DNA from: an uncultured Clostridia bacterium
GTDB lineage: Bacteria; Bacillota; Clostridia; Christensenellales; UBA1242
Length of the DNA stretch: 64,000 nucleotides
Assembly (NCBI GenBank): GCA_944350265.1
Contig: CALVOG010000006.1
Span: 6,709 to 70,708, forward strand
Direction: 5' to 3'
Shown one piece after another: positions 1 through 9,857 of the stretch. The first letter of the stretch is position 1; the number at the start of each line of letters is the position of its first letter. The notes below the pieces were generated by a model. The model had not been told where the DNA came from. It did no database searches and saw nothing but the letters and a program-made list of their open reading frames with translations. A program made the translations under genes and the position numbers.

Positions 1-2
1 TT

Positions 3-665
3 ATGGCGACGTTTTTGTTCGATAAAAAGGAAGAGTTCGTGCTGGACGACGTCCTAGACTTCCCCGTTTTTCTTGCCATAGGCGAGGTTTTAGAGAGCGA
101 CAAAACGAAAATATTTAAAGCCTTCAACCAAAAAGATATGTGTTACACTTTGCTTGGCGAAAAGTTTCCAATCGACGCCAAATCTTTTTTACAGGTGAAT
201 AAAAATGTTGCCGAAAAACTTTACGAACACGTCATAACGAACGTGAATGGCGAGAAGGTTGTGAATGCCTATTCTGGGCAAGGCGTTTTAACGAAACTGT
301 TGGCGAAAAATGCGAAAAGCGTGGTGGGAATTGAGATTCAGCGCTCTTCTTGTGAGATTGCTGAGAAGATAAAAGCGCCGAATATGAAAAATATAAACGC
401 ACGAGTCGAGGATGTTTTAGGTGATTATTTAGATGCCGATGTTGTGGTTTTAGACCCAGCGCGCGAGGGCTGTGACGAAAAGGTTTTGTGTGAAATTTTA
501 GGTTCAAACATCAAAAAAGTTATCTATATTTCCTGCAATTTTGCCACATTGACGCGAGATTTGAAGGTGCTTTCAAAAAATTACAAAATAGAAAATGTGA
601 AATTATTTGATATGTTTCCGCGCACAGCAAGCATAGAAACCTGTGTCATTTTAGAAAAAATTTGA
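3..665 (+). CDS. RumA/RlmD/TrmA-family (uracil-5-)-RNA methyltransferase, C-terminal part (5' end cut by window edge)
   Basis: SAM-methyltransferase motifs VVGIEI and VVLDPAREGC. Catalytic-Cys context YISCNFATLTRDL. C-terminal DMFPRTASIETCVILEK is typical of the RumA family. The ATG at position 3 is probably incidental. Confidence 0.8.
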   Translation: MATFLFDKKEEFVLDDVLDFPVFLAIGEVLESDKTKIFKAFNQKDMCYTLLGEKFPIDAKSFLQVNKNVAEKLYEHVITNVNGEKVVNAYSGQGVLTKLLAKNAKSVVGIEIQRSSCEIAEKIKAPNMKNINARVEDVLGDYLDADVVVLDPAREGCDEKVLCEILGSNIKKVIYISCNFATLTRDLKVLSKNYKIENVKLFDMFPRTASIETCVILEKI

Positions 666-748
666 AAAATAATGAAATAAATAAAAGTATTTTCCATAAA
701 CAAAATTCGAAAATAGGCGAATTAATTAAAAAAATTTAAATATTTTAT

Positions 749-777
749 TTGACAAATTTCATAATCTATGTTATACT
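749..777 (+). promoter_or_regulatory. sigma-A type promoter (TTGACA-17-TATACT) upstream of the 922-6357 gene pair
   Basis: TTGACA at 749-754, a 17-nt spacer, TATACT at 772-777. This would give a 5' UTR of about 140 nt. Confidence 0.5.
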
Positions 778-921
778 ACTCATAGATTAAGTTTTTTAGT
801 CTTTTCGCGCTTTTTGGCGCTTTAACATATGAAACGCATCAAGGCATTTTTTAGTGCTAGGGTAAGGCAAAATATTAAAAAAGCAAATTTTGCGCTAAAG
901 TTGCGTTATTAGGAGTTTAAT

Positions 922-1938
922 TTGACAAAAACAAAAAGTTTGATTTTTTATACCATTCTTGCGCTGGTTGCCATCGTCACAGGTGTGGCGATTGGTAGCA
1001 TTTATCTCAACACTCTTCCAAAGGGAACGAGTGGCTTCGGTTTAACTGAGGCAATGTTTAGAGATGACGACAAAACGGTTGAAACGCTCTATAACGAAGC
1101 GATAAACGGCAAAAAAAACTCCTTTTCGGCCGTGGAACTTTATCAAATCGGCGAATATAAACTTAAAAACGGCGGTGTGTCATATGTAAAGGTGCTAAGT
1201 GGTGATGTGTCGGCGGGCGTTGGCTTTATCAAAGTCCCTCAGCAGATGAAATCAATTAAAATTTCCACGAGTGACGGCGTTTACTATCTCAAAATGAGCA
1301 AGGCGGAGTCTTCAATGGCGCCGTCGATGGCGGTTAAGCAAAAATATGAATACAACAATCCAAATATGGTTTACCTCAACGAAACGCGCGATAGCAATGA
1401 TATTGACGGCGACACGAGCGAGGATTTCAAATTGGTCATTGGCGAGGACACGGCGCGCAACATAACGGTGGATGAATATAAACTTATCTTCAACACAAGC
1501 CCTGCAACACCGCTGACCTACATCATCTCCTCCAAAACAACAGCAGAGGGGAATTTTGACCAAAATGTCACATTAAATTCCAGCGGACAGTATGTTTTTA
1601 AGATAAAGATGACGGGCGAATACGCAACCAACGCTGCAACCTATTATAGTTATGAGATTGCGCACTTCAGCAACAAGGAAATTGTGTTGCCACCAAGCGA
1701 TGTCGCAAATGAAGCGGAAATGCAAAAATATTACAACAAGGTTTCAAGCGCACTTCCAAAATGGCAAAGCGTGGAGATTGAGGGCGTTATGGATGAAAAC
1801 TTCAACCTTGTTTCGCTTAAATATAAGGAAGTTTACACCGTGAAACAAATGGGGCTTAACGCAACTGTCACCGATAATTTTACCGATGTTTTTTACTACG
1901 ACCAAAAGACGATTGACGAGTCTTTGGCTTTACTTTAA
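922..1938 (+). CDS. hypothetical membrane-anchored protein (one N-terminal TM helix, large extracytoplasmic domain)
   Basis: TTG start 7 nt after AGGAG. N-terminal hydrophobic helix LIFYTILALVAIVTGVAIGSIYL. No family recognised. Ends 12 nt before the next gene. Confidence 0.6.
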   Translation: MTKTKSLIFYTILALVAIVTGVAIGSIYLNTLPKGTSGFGLTEAMFRDDDKTVETLYNEAINGKKNSFSAVELYQIGEYKLKNGGVSYVKVLSGDVSAGVGFIKVPQQMKSIKISTSDGVYYLKMSKAESSMAPSMAVKQKYEYNNPNMVYLNETRDSNDIDGDTSEDFKLVIGEDTARNITVDEYKLIFNTSPATPLTYIISSKTTAEGNFDQNVTLNSSGQYVFKIKMTGEYATNAATYYSYEIAHFSNKEIVLPPSDVANEAEMQKYYNKVSSALPKWQSVEIEGVMDENFNLVSLKYKEVYTVKQMGLNATVTDNFTDVFYYDQKTIDESLALL

Positions 1939-1950
1939 AGGTGGTGGGCT

Positions 1951-4900
1951 ATGCGAAATTTAGAGCGAAAAGAACGGAATTTCCTATCAAAATTGTTTAG
2001 AGCAATATCATTATATATGATAATTGTTCTTTGTGCTTTTTTCACGTATATCACCTTCTTTGGTGTGAGTGATTCGAGTTCGAACGAGCAAGCGCAAGGT
2101 TCGGCACCGCAACAGGCAACGCCAACCGAAATGCTTTTGAACGCCTTTATGAACTCTTCAAACGTTTCCGCGAACGCCTCTCTTTCAGTCAGCGGGGAGG
2201 ACTTAAGTTTAGGCGCCACAATTGACGCGATTGTGGATATGAAAACCTTTGATTTTGATGTTTCAGTTCTTCTCACAGTTGGCGAAGAAGTGTTTGAAAT
2301 CTCCGCACTTAAAAACAGCAAAGAGGATGATTTTCTTCATTTTTCCGTCAACGATTTAAAGGTGAAACTTGATTTGGCGGACGCAAATTTCAGTGACCTT
2401 ATTGAAAATTTTGACTTTTCCGCGGTTTTTGGCGACCTTGTTAGTGCGGAGGATATTTCCAAAATTTTAGAGGACATCGGCAGAGTGCTTGGGCTGAACC
2501 TCAACGCTTCGTCGCTTGACGACCTTTTAAGCGAGATAACAGACAAGGTTAGCATCAAAGAAAACACCCTTGAAAACGGCTACCGCTTTGTTATCTATCT
2601 TGGCAATTTAAGAGTCACACTTGACGCATCCACCGACTTTAAAACGCTTTCGGCGTCAGTTGATATGCCGAAAATTGCCGGCTACACCACCAAACTTGAG
2701 ATTGGCTCAATTAAATTAGATTTGCCGGAATCAGACGTGTCAACTCCAACGGGCGACGAAATTGATATCTCTTCGCTTATGAAAATTTTGGAGAACGCGA
2801 AGATTGCCGAAAACGTCTATGCGCTTTCCTCGCGTATTAACGTGACGGTTGACGAAACCGAATTTGAGGGCGAGGTGAGCGCGAAGATTGTTGACAATCT
2901 TCCAATATTAAGAGCAAAGGTGACGGCGTTTGGCACGGAGGCGTATGTTTACTATATCAATAATCGCCTATATTTAAGCGTTGAGAACCTCAATCTTTTC
3001 CTTGATATTAACAACTTTGATTATGACGCGATAACCGAAATTTTAAATAGGTTCGATGTCGAACTTGACAAAGAGAATTTCGAGGCAATTTCCGTCACCC
3101 TTCCAGCGCTTAGTGCGATTTCAGTGGAGATTTTGGAAAACGAGTTTAACGTTGACATTAGCGACGTAATAAGGGTTGGCGACGTTGAGATTTCTGGCGT
3201 TTCGGCAAGTTTCGAAACGGTAACTGAGGGCGATAACATTTTGCCAAATTCTCTCAATCTTACCTTTAATATGGCAACAAGTGACTGGCAAAATAATGTG
3301 CAGTTAACTTTAAACAACATTAAAATCGGCAAGAGTGCTGAGGGTCTTAACGACACAGTTTTTGGCGAAGAACCGCTTTCACTTATGACGAAGAACGGCT
3401 TGGTGTCAGTTGAAGATTTTGTCGACTTAAACAACCTTTTAAAAGTGACAAAAACTGCTGTGCAAGCCGAGAATATCACGTTCAACATAGATGCAAAAAT
3501 GGGGCAGATTGCTCTTTCTGGCACAGGTAAGTTTGATATCCCGTCAATGAGTTTTAATTTAGATTTAGAGTTAAATATTAAAGGAAATAATGACAAATTA
3601 AGCCTTAAATTCTTCCTTTATGGTGAAGATATCGTCAACACGAAAACCATATATATGACCATCGGCGAAAGGAGTTTCAAAGTTGACATCACCCAAATGA
3701 ACCTTGAGAGTTTGCTTGCCGAGTTCGGCGTCAGCGTGGATACGACTGGGCTTATCGAAAAAATTGAAAGCGAACTTAAAATTGATTTTGAAAATATAGA
3801 TTTGCTGGATATTTTGAAAAACCTCGAACTCACGGAAACCAAAACGGACATTCTCTCCTACGCCATTTCTTTAAACGGCAACAGCGTTATTGTTAAGTTT
3901 AACGAAGAGACGGGCGCGTTTGCGGTTGATTTTTCAAAAATGATTGACGGCGACGAGGTGAAAATAAGCCTTTCAAATATTCTCACAAACGCGCCAGACT
4001 TCACGCTTTTCACCCCAACAGGCGACGAGACGGACATTTCGAAGATTTTTGACATTGTTGAGGACGCAAAGATTGCCAAGGATACTTATGCGCTTTCTGC
4101 TGACCTATACGTTCGTTACAGCGCCAGCACTTTTGAGGGCGACATTCTTGCGATGCTTTTAAAAGACGGCAACAATCTCGTGCCGTATGTCAGGGTGAAA
4201 ACGAGCGCAATGAGCCTTGAAACTTACATCTATCTCATTGACGAAACCGTGTATGTCGATTTGCAAGGGCTGAGAATTTCGGCTGACTTAAATGAAGGTT
4301 CAGTTGACACCATTATGAATTTTATCACCGACCTAGGGCTTGATGTGGGCGGGCTTGACGGCTTAACCACGGCGTTTAACGTGACTTTGCCAGCGCTCAG
4401 CACCATAAGCGCGAACTGGATAGACGGCGGAGTGAGAATATACGCTGGTGACATTGCTTACACCGAAACCGAGCGTTTTGAGGATATTGTTATCGACGCT
4501 TTTGGCGCACTATCTAACGGCAAGGTTCTCCTAGATAAGTTAGTTGTTGGCGCCAATATTATGAACCTAACTGACGGTGACGCTAATGCTACAAATGTGG
4601 CTAGTTTATCTAAGCCTTTCAGCACAAGTGGCGAACGAAACGGAGAATTTAAAGAGGACGCAATCACAAGCGATAAAAATTTTGCGGTCTACCTCACCGG
4701 ACTTAGAATCGGGCAAAGCGTGTTGTTTAAAGAGGATATTGTTTTCGACGAAAATGGGAATGTTGTCAGCCTTTGTGGAAACGGCGGTGTTTACGAAGTT
4801 GGCGATTTCACAAACTATCAAACCTTACTTCCGCTTGTTGAAAAGGTTTACAACTATGTGACAAAATCAAATAACTTCCAAGTGGGCTTAACGGCGAATA

Positions 4901-6357
4901 TTGGTGGCAATGCGCTTTCGGGCGACGTGGTTATGAGCCTAACTGACGACGTGAATTCGCCACTGTTTGGTGGCAGGGGGCTTAAAGTGCAAGGCGATTT
5001 AACCCTCGAAAGTGGTGCCGAAAGCAAACACGCCTTTTCAATCTACTATAACAGCGACCGCGACGCATACGACAATAGCGGAAATGCACTCAGCGGTCTG
5101 TTCTTCACCTATGCGCACAACGAATTTATTGAAGGCGACACGAAGTTTAGAGGGCGAATTGAAGACGGAAATATGAGCGACCTCATCTCAATGATTTTGG
5201 GCATTGCGAATGTGGATATTGACGAGGATAACGCGTGGAATTTGAAAAACTCGACCACCGACTTCTCCTTCTTGCATCAACTTCTTGGCATAGGCGAAAA
5301 TGATATCGGCGAGGACATCGGCAAGGTTGACGGCATTCTTAAAGACGTGTCAGGCGTTTTGAAAATGCTTAAAAAGATATCGTTTGAAGCAACTGATTCA
5401 AATTACAGTTTAATTGTAGATTTTGACTTGGGCGCCGCAAACGCTGACGCAAGGAATAGCACAACAGCCAGCGAAAATATTGGAAAGATTGTAATATTGT
5501 TTGATAATTCAGGCAATCTCACAAACATTTCCTTCTCGCTTGGTGACGACCTATCGGCAAATGTAGAAATTCTTGCATATGACGAAGAGAGTTTCAATTA
5601 TTTTGACAATAACTCTTTCGATAGCCACCACAACCTAAGCAGTTTGCCGGAGTTTATGGATATCGCGGTGAACACTATGAACAAGTTAGAAAACGGCGAG
5701 ATAAGATTTAGCGGAAATGCTTTGGTAAATTTAGTTATTGAAATCAATGTTGGTGTTGATGTTGCGATTTCGTTAGATGAAAATAAGAATATGAAAGTTG
5801 TTGTTGAACTTCGCCCAGATGCAAAATGGTTTTTGTTAGGTGGTTTTGGCACCTATGTAGTAACAAAAGCGGAAGGTCATCAATATACAACTGTAGGGAA
5901 ATTTTCAAATCGAGTGTCAACTTTGACATTTGCGAAAAATGAAACTGGCGAATATAGATTAAGCATAGTTCAAAACACAGACGGCACTATTAAGAGTGCT
6001 GAATATGGTATAAATGAAATAGGACAAAATATCATACCTATCATTGCGCTTTCTTTAGGACTGACTGATAGCACTGTTGACATGATAGATTTTGCTATGG
6101 GAATGATAAATCCAAAAATCTCATTAGAAGAAACGCTAACAAACTTTAAACGAAATGTGGATAATAGTGAAAATCTTACTGGCTACACGCTTGGCATAAA
6201 AGGTGAAACTCTTACAGGCTCCAACCTTATAGGTGATTTTGACCTCAATGTCGAGGTTGTTGAAAATGAAAAAAAATACGCTATTAGGAAGGTTAAAACA
6301 GAATTAGACATTTTAAGTTTTATAGGTCATATTCAACTAGAACTTGACGTAGCCTAA
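1951..6357 (+). CDS. giant (1468 aa) N-terminally membrane-anchored hypothetical protein with an internal module duplication
   Basis: RBS AAGGTGGTGG before the ATG. TM helix LYMIIVLCAFFTYITFFGV. A module of about 170 aa occurs twice (TPTGDEIDISSLMKILENAKIAENVYALS... and TPTGDETDISKIFDIVEDAKIAKDTYALS..., both ending in TLPALS(A/T)IS). No catalytic motif recognised. Confidence 0.7.
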   Translation: MRNLERKERNFLSKLFRAISLYMIIVLCAFFTYITFFGVSDSSSNEQAQGSAPQQATPTEMLLNAFMNSSNVSANASLSVSGEDLSLGATIDAIVDMKTFDFDVSVLLTVGEEVFEISALKNSKEDDFLHFSVNDLKVKLDLADANFSDLIENFDFSAVFGDLVSAEDISKILEDIGRVLGLNLNASSLDDLLSEITDKVSIKENTLENGYRFVIYLGNLRVTLDASTDFKTLSASVDMPKIAGYTTKLEIGSIKLDLPESDVSTPTGDEIDISSLMKILENAKIAENVYALSSRINVTVDETEFEGEVSAKIVDNLPILRAKVTAFGTEAYVYYINNRLYLSVENLNLFLDINNFDYDAITEILNRFDVELDKENFEAISVTLPALSAISVEILENEFNVDISDVIRVGDVEISGVSASFETVTEGDNILPNSLNLTFNMATSDWQNNVQLTLNNIKIGKSAEGLNDTVFGEEPLSLMTKNGLVSVEDFVDLNNLLKVTKTAVQAENITFNIDAKMGQIALSGTGKFDIPSMSFNLDLELNIKGNNDKLSLKFFLYGEDIVNTKTIYMTIGERSFKVDITQMNLESLLAEFGVSVDTTGLIEKIESELKIDFENIDLLDILKNLELTETKTDILSYAISLNGNSVIVKFNEETGAFAVDFSKMIDGDEVKISLSNILTNAPDFTLFTPTGDETDISKIFDIVEDAKIAKDTYALSADLYVRYSASTFEGDILAMLLKDGNNLVPYVRVKTSAMSLETYIYLIDETVYVDLQGLRISADLNEGSVDTIMNFITDLGLDVGGLDGLTTAFNVTLPALSTISANWIDGGVRIYAGDIAYTETERFEDIVIDAFGALSNGKVLLDKLVVGANIMNLTDGDANATNVASLSKPFSTSGERNGEFKEDAITSDKNFAVYLTGLRIGQSVLFKEDIVFDENGNVVSLCGNGGVYEVGDFTNYQTLLPLVEKVYNYVTKSNNFQVGLTANIGGNALSGDVVMSLTDDVNSPLFGGRGLKVQGDLTLESGAESKHAFSIYYNSDRDAYDNSGNALSGLFFTYAHNEFIEGDTKFRGRIEDGNMSDLISMILGIANVDIDEDNAWNLKNSTTDFSFLHQLLGIGENDIGEDIGKVDGILKDVSGVLKMLKKISFEATDSNYSLIVDFDLGAANADARNSTTASENIGKIVILFDNSGNLTNISFSLGDDLSANVEILAYDEESFNYFDNNSFDSHHNLSSLPEFMDIAVNTMNKLENGEIRFSGNALVNLVIEINVGVDVAISLDENKNMKVVVELRPDAKWFLLGGFGTYVVTKAEGHQYTTVGKFSNRVSTLTFAKNETGEYRLSIVQNTDGTIKSAEYGINEIGQNIIPIIALSLGLTDSTVDMIDFAMGMINPKISLEETLTNFKRNVDNSENLTGYTLGIKGETLTGSNLIGDFDLNVEVVENEKKYAIRKVKTELDILSFIGHIQLELDVA

Positions 6358-6360
6358 AAA

Positions 6361-6401
6361 ATAAAAACTTTATCTTTGTTAAGATAAAGTTTTTATTTTT
6401 T
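6361..6401. terminator. bidirectional rho-independent terminator between convergent genes
   Basis: 14-bp perfect stem AAAAACTTTATCTT / AAGATAAAGTTTTT with loop TGTT, flanked by an A-run and a T-run. Confidence 0.8.
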
Positions 6402-6406
6402 TAACC

Positions 6407-8101
6407 TTATTTCCCTTCCAATTCTTTTTTATATCTCTCGATTGTTTCGTCGTCTAGGCGCATAAAGAGTGGTTTTGGCAAGCCTGTTTTATGGCTTTTT
6501 GCAATGTTAATTTTGCTTGCTTCACTCCAAAGCCCATTTGCGTCAGGTTTGCCAATAAACCCAAGTTGTTCCCAAATTTCCGCCGTCTTTGTTGGCATAA
6601 TCGGGCTTGCCACAATCGCCAAAGATTTTGCCATATTAAGGCAAAGGTAAAGCACTTTTTTCGCGCCTTCAATGTCGCCATTTTTAATAAGTGACCACGG
6701 CGCCGTTTTTTCAAGGTAGGTGTTGCCAATCGACGCAAAGCGCATAATCTCCTTGTAACTTGCCCTAAATTCGGTGTCGGCGAATAGTTTTGCAATTGTG
6801 CTTGGCAGGGTGGTTATAGCGTCCACCATTTCCTTGTCGAAATCGCTCAAATTGTCCTTAATATCGTCATAACCAACCCCAAGTTCGCCCGCAAAATTTT
6901 TGTTAATCATATTGAGCGTTCGGTTAAAGAAGTTGCCGTATTTGCCCACAAGTTCGGCGTTGGTGTTAAGTTTGAAACCCTCATACGAAAAATCGCTGTC
7001 CTTATTTTCTGGGAAGATAGAGAGCATATAAGCCCGAAGTGCATCGATATCGACGTCGCTATTTAACAAACTTTCGCAAAAAATTCCCACTTTCTTCGAC
7101 TTTGAAAATTTTTGCCCTTCAAAATTAAGGAAGTTAAAACCAACAACGTTGTGCGCGAGGTTGTATTTCTTACTGCCAAGTTCCACGCAAGGGAAGAAAA
7201 CGGCGTGAAAATCGATGTTGTCCTTGCCGATAAAGTTATAGATTTCAGCGTCTTTTTTCTGCCAAAAATCTTTCACCATTTGTTCGCCACCGAGTTCTTT
7301 TGTGATGGAGATATAGCCAATCGGCGCGTCGAACCAAACATAGAACACCTTGTCCTCAAAGCCACTTAGTGGCACCTTAATTCCCCACTGAATGTCGCGG
7401 GTGATACAGCGAGGATTTAAGCCCTCATTAATCCACTTCATCGCCATATTGTGAACGTAAGGACGGAAAATTTCCTTCTTTGAATCCAGCCACTTTTTGA
7501 GTTCGCCTTGAAGTTTGTCTAGGCGGATATAGAGGTGCTTGGTGTTTTTGAAAACGGCGTCCTCACCGCAAAAGGCGCATTTTGGGTTTTTTAATTCTTC
7601 TATGTCATAGGTTGCACCACAGTTGTCGCACTGGTCGCCATACGCTTTTTCATATCCACACTGTGGGCAAGTGCCATAAACAAAGCGGTCAGCGAGCGCA
7701 ATCTTGTCCTTTTCGCAAAAGCACATCTTGCTTTCCTTTTCCGAGATGTAGCCATTTTTATATAGTTCGTTGAAAATCTCGCAGGTGATTTCGGTGTGCG
7801 TGTCGGTGTTCGTTCCGCTGAAAATATCAAAACTTATGTTGAGTTTTTCGGCAATCGCTTTCATCTTTGCGTTCATCATTTTGATGTAATCTTCTGGTTT
7901 CATCCCGCGTTCTTTCGCGCTCATATAACTTGTTGTGCCGTAGTCGTCAGTTCCGCTGACATAGACCGTTTCGTTGCCAAAAGTGCGGTTAAAGCGCGCA
8001 AAAATATCGCCAGGAAGCCAACAGCCAGCAACGTGGCCAAGGTGCGGAAGCCCGTTGATATAAAGAAGCGCCGAAGTTACCAAAATTTTTTTCTTTTCCA
8101 T
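6407..8101 (-). CDS. metG: methionyl-tRNA synthetase (short form, no C-terminal tRNA-binding domain)
   Basis: HIGH motif (NGLPHLGHV), KMSKS motif (KFSKSK), zinc knuckles CPQCG...CDNCG. RBS GAGGAG before the ATG. Confidence 0.95.
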   Translation of the reverse strand: MEKKKILVTSALLYINGLPHLGHVAGCWLPGDIFARFNRTFGNETVYVSGTDDYGTTSYMSAKERGMKPEDYIKMMNAKMKAIAEKLNISFDIFSGTNTDTHTEITCEIFNELYKNGYISEKESKMCFCEKDKIALADRFVYGTCPQCGYEKAYGDQCDNCGATYDIEELKNPKCAFCGEDAVFKNTKHLYIRLDKLQGELKKWLDSKKEIFRPYVHNMAMKWINEGLNPRCITRDIQWGIKVPLSGFEDKVFYVWFDAPIGYISITKELGGEQMVKDFWQKKDAEIYNFIGKDNIDFHAVFFPCVELGSKKYNLAHNVVGFNFLNFEGQKFSKSKKVGIFCESLLNSDVDIDALRAYMLSIFPENKDSDFSYEGFKLNTNAELVGKYGNFFNRTLNMINKNFAGELGVGYDDIKDNLSDFDKEMVDAITTLPSTIAKLFADTEFRASYKEIMRFASIGNTYLEKTAPWSLIKNGDIEGAKKVLYLCLNMAKSLAIVASPIMPTKTAEIWEQLGFIGKPDANGLWSEASKINIAKSHKTGLPKPLFMRLDDETIERYKKELEGK

Positions 8102-8150
8102 TTTTTCTCCTCTTAATTTGCTTTCTATTTTGTTATATTTTAAAAATTTA

Positions 8151-8309
8151 GTTATGTTTGAGTATATTTCTTTTTAAAGAATTGACGTTATGTTTGGGTA
8201 TATATTACTTTCTTTTAAAATTTGATGATAAGTATATGATTTTTTTCTTCTATCGTAATATTTTATAAACCTGTGTTAGGATATATATTACTTTCTTTTT
8301 TAAGAATTT
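8151..8309. repeat. three degenerate copies of a 33-37 bp AT-rich repeat in the metG-hisS spacer
   Basis: GTTATGTTTGAGTATATTTCTTTTTAAAGAATT (8151), GTTATGTTTGGGTATATATTACTTTCTTTTAAAATTT (8187), GTGTTAGGATATATATTACTTTCTTTTTTAAGAATTT (8273). Confidence 0.6.
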
Positions 8310-8352
8310 GGTTGTGCTAAAAATCTGATGCTATGCTTAGAAATAGACTCTT

Positions 8353-9642
8353 CTAACTTAATTTTTCAACAATACCCTCTAAATTCAGTTTTTCTTGTTC
8401 GCCTGTTGTCATATTTTTAAGGGTGAAGAGTTGTTCTCTCATCTCATCCTCGCCTAATATCAGCACAAACTCAATTTGCCTTTTGTTGGCTTCTTTCATC
8501 TTTGCCTTAAAAGATTTTGTTTCGTTCAAAACTTCTGCTCGTATTCCCTTTTCGCGTAGCGACGCCATAATTTTAAGCCCATAGTTAAGCGTTTCCTCAA
8601 AGGTTATAATGCCGATTGTCACAAAAGATTGCCCTTCGTTTTTAAGCAAATTTTCGCTTTTTAAAATGTCAAAAAGGCGAGTTATTCCAATGCTCATCCC
8701 AACGCCTTGCAATTTTTTATCTAAAAAGTTTTTGCAAAGGTTGTCGTATCGTCCGCCACCACCAATCGCGCCAAGGTTGCGTTTTCCAAGAAGATAGCAT
8801 TCAAACACGGTGCCGGTGTAATAATTATGTCCGCGCACAATCGAAAGATTGAAGATGCGATTTTCAACGCCCAGCGCTTTCAAAAGTTCGTCGAGGCAGG
8901 CTAGGTCGTCAATTCCCTTTAAATATGTGGCGTTTTCGCATTCGGTTTTAAGGCTCAAAACCTTTTCAATGTCGCCAGAGGTGCCAGCGATTTTCAAAGT
9001 TTTTTCAATTTGCTCGCTGTTTAAACCTTTTTCGGTCAGCAAGTTGACAATCTCGTCTCTATCCAATTTGTCGAGTTTGTCGATTATCACCATCAGCGGT
9101 TCAATATCTTTTCCAAAACTCTCGAAAAGCCCCGCAAGAATGTTTCGATTCGAAATTTCCACCACAACTTCAAGGTTAAGCGCTTTAGAGGCAGGCTTAT
9201 ATAGGTAGATGCACTCGGCGTCGTAAGAGAGAGGAAGCTCCTCGCCAATTACGTCCGCATCGCACTGATAGAACTCTCTAAATCGCCCCTTTTGCGGACG
9301 CTCGCCACGATAAACCTTTCCAATTTGATAGCGTTTGAATGGAAAGTCAAGTTCGTTAAAGTTTCCAGCCACAAAGCGCGCAAGAGGCACTGTGAGGTCG
9401 TATCTTAGGCAAATATCAGCGTGCCCTTTTGTGAAGCGATAGATTTCCTTGTCAACATCGCCACCGCTTTTTGCAAGCAACACCTCAGCAAATTCGGCGA
9501 CAGGCGTGTCAAGCGGGAGGAAGCAGTTTGTTTCAAAAACCTTTTTAAGGCGACCAAGCATATCCTCAAACAAAACCTCATCTTTTGGCATAAGTTCCCA
9601 AAATCCCTGTATTTTTTTTGGCGAAACAAGTTTGTTATTCAA
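8353..9642 (-). CDS. hisS: histidyl-tRNA synthetase
   Basis: Class II HisRS motifs: RYDLTVPLARFVA, FREFYQCDADVIG, GGGRYDNL, plus a C-terminal anticodon-binding domain. TTG start preceded by AAGGAG. Confidence 0.9.
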   Translation of the reverse strand: MNNKLVSPKKIQGFWELMPKDEVLFEDMLGRLKKVFETNCFLPLDTPVAEFAEVLLAKSGGDVDKEIYRFTKGHADICLRYDLTVPLARFVAGNFNELDFPFKRYQIGKVYRGERPQKGRFREFYQCDADVIGEELPLSYDAECIYLYKPASKALNLEVVVEISNRNILAGLFESFGKDIEPLMVIIDKLDKLDRDEIVNLLTEKGLNSEQIEKTLKIAGTSGDIEKVLSLKTECENATYLKGIDDLACLDELLKALGVENRIFNLSIVRGHNYYTGTVFECYLLGKRNLGAIGGGGRYDNLCKNFLDKKLQGVGMSIGITRLFDILKSENLLKNEGQSFVTIGIITFEETLNYGLKIMASLREKGIRAEVLNETKSFKAKMKEANKRQIEFVLILGEDEMREQLFTLKNMTTGEQEKLNLEGIVEKLS

Positions 9643-9763
9643 ATTCCACTCCTTAAACTGCCCAAGCGGGCAAATTTGACTTTATAAGTATAGCGCGAAA
9701 GGGGGAAAAAGTCAATTAGTATCGCACATAAATAACTTTTAATATTGTAAAATTTGCAAAAAT

Positions 9764-9857
9764 TTATCCACATTTTATTTTTATACACAACCGCTTATCT
9801 TTATGCAATGTATAAAAAATGCGGATAAGTGGGAGTAATCCACAAAAGTTATCCACA
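9764..9857. promoter_or_regulatory. DnaA-box cluster (2 perfect and 3 one-mismatch boxes in about 95 bp)
   Basis: Perfect TTATCCACA at 9764-9772 and 9849-9857. One-mismatch boxes: TTATACACA 9781-9789, TGCGGATAA 9820-9828 (opposite strand), TAATCCACA 9836-9844. Lies in a 520-bp AT-rich non-coding gap. Confidence 0.6.

Noticed and set aside
3021-3596. 191-aa minus-strand ORF, plus many other 60-90 aa minus-strand ORFs between 2000 and 6000
   Set aside because: Antisense to the 1468-aa CDS. Ser/Lys/Phe-rich shadow translations with no RBS.
8102-8352. T-box riboswitch leaders upstream of metG, hisS (9643-10163) and lysS (20307-20477)
   Set aside because: I could not find the conserved T-box sequence (AATTAGGGTGGTACCGCG or its complement) or specifier/antiterminator architecture on the relevant strand.
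9764-9857. Firm assignment of oriC to either DnaA-box cluster
   Set aside because: No dnaA, dnaN or rpmH in the window. I could not compute GC skew. Gene-orientation switches in the window (about 6.4 kb convergent, about 20.4 kb divergent) do not coincide with either cluster.
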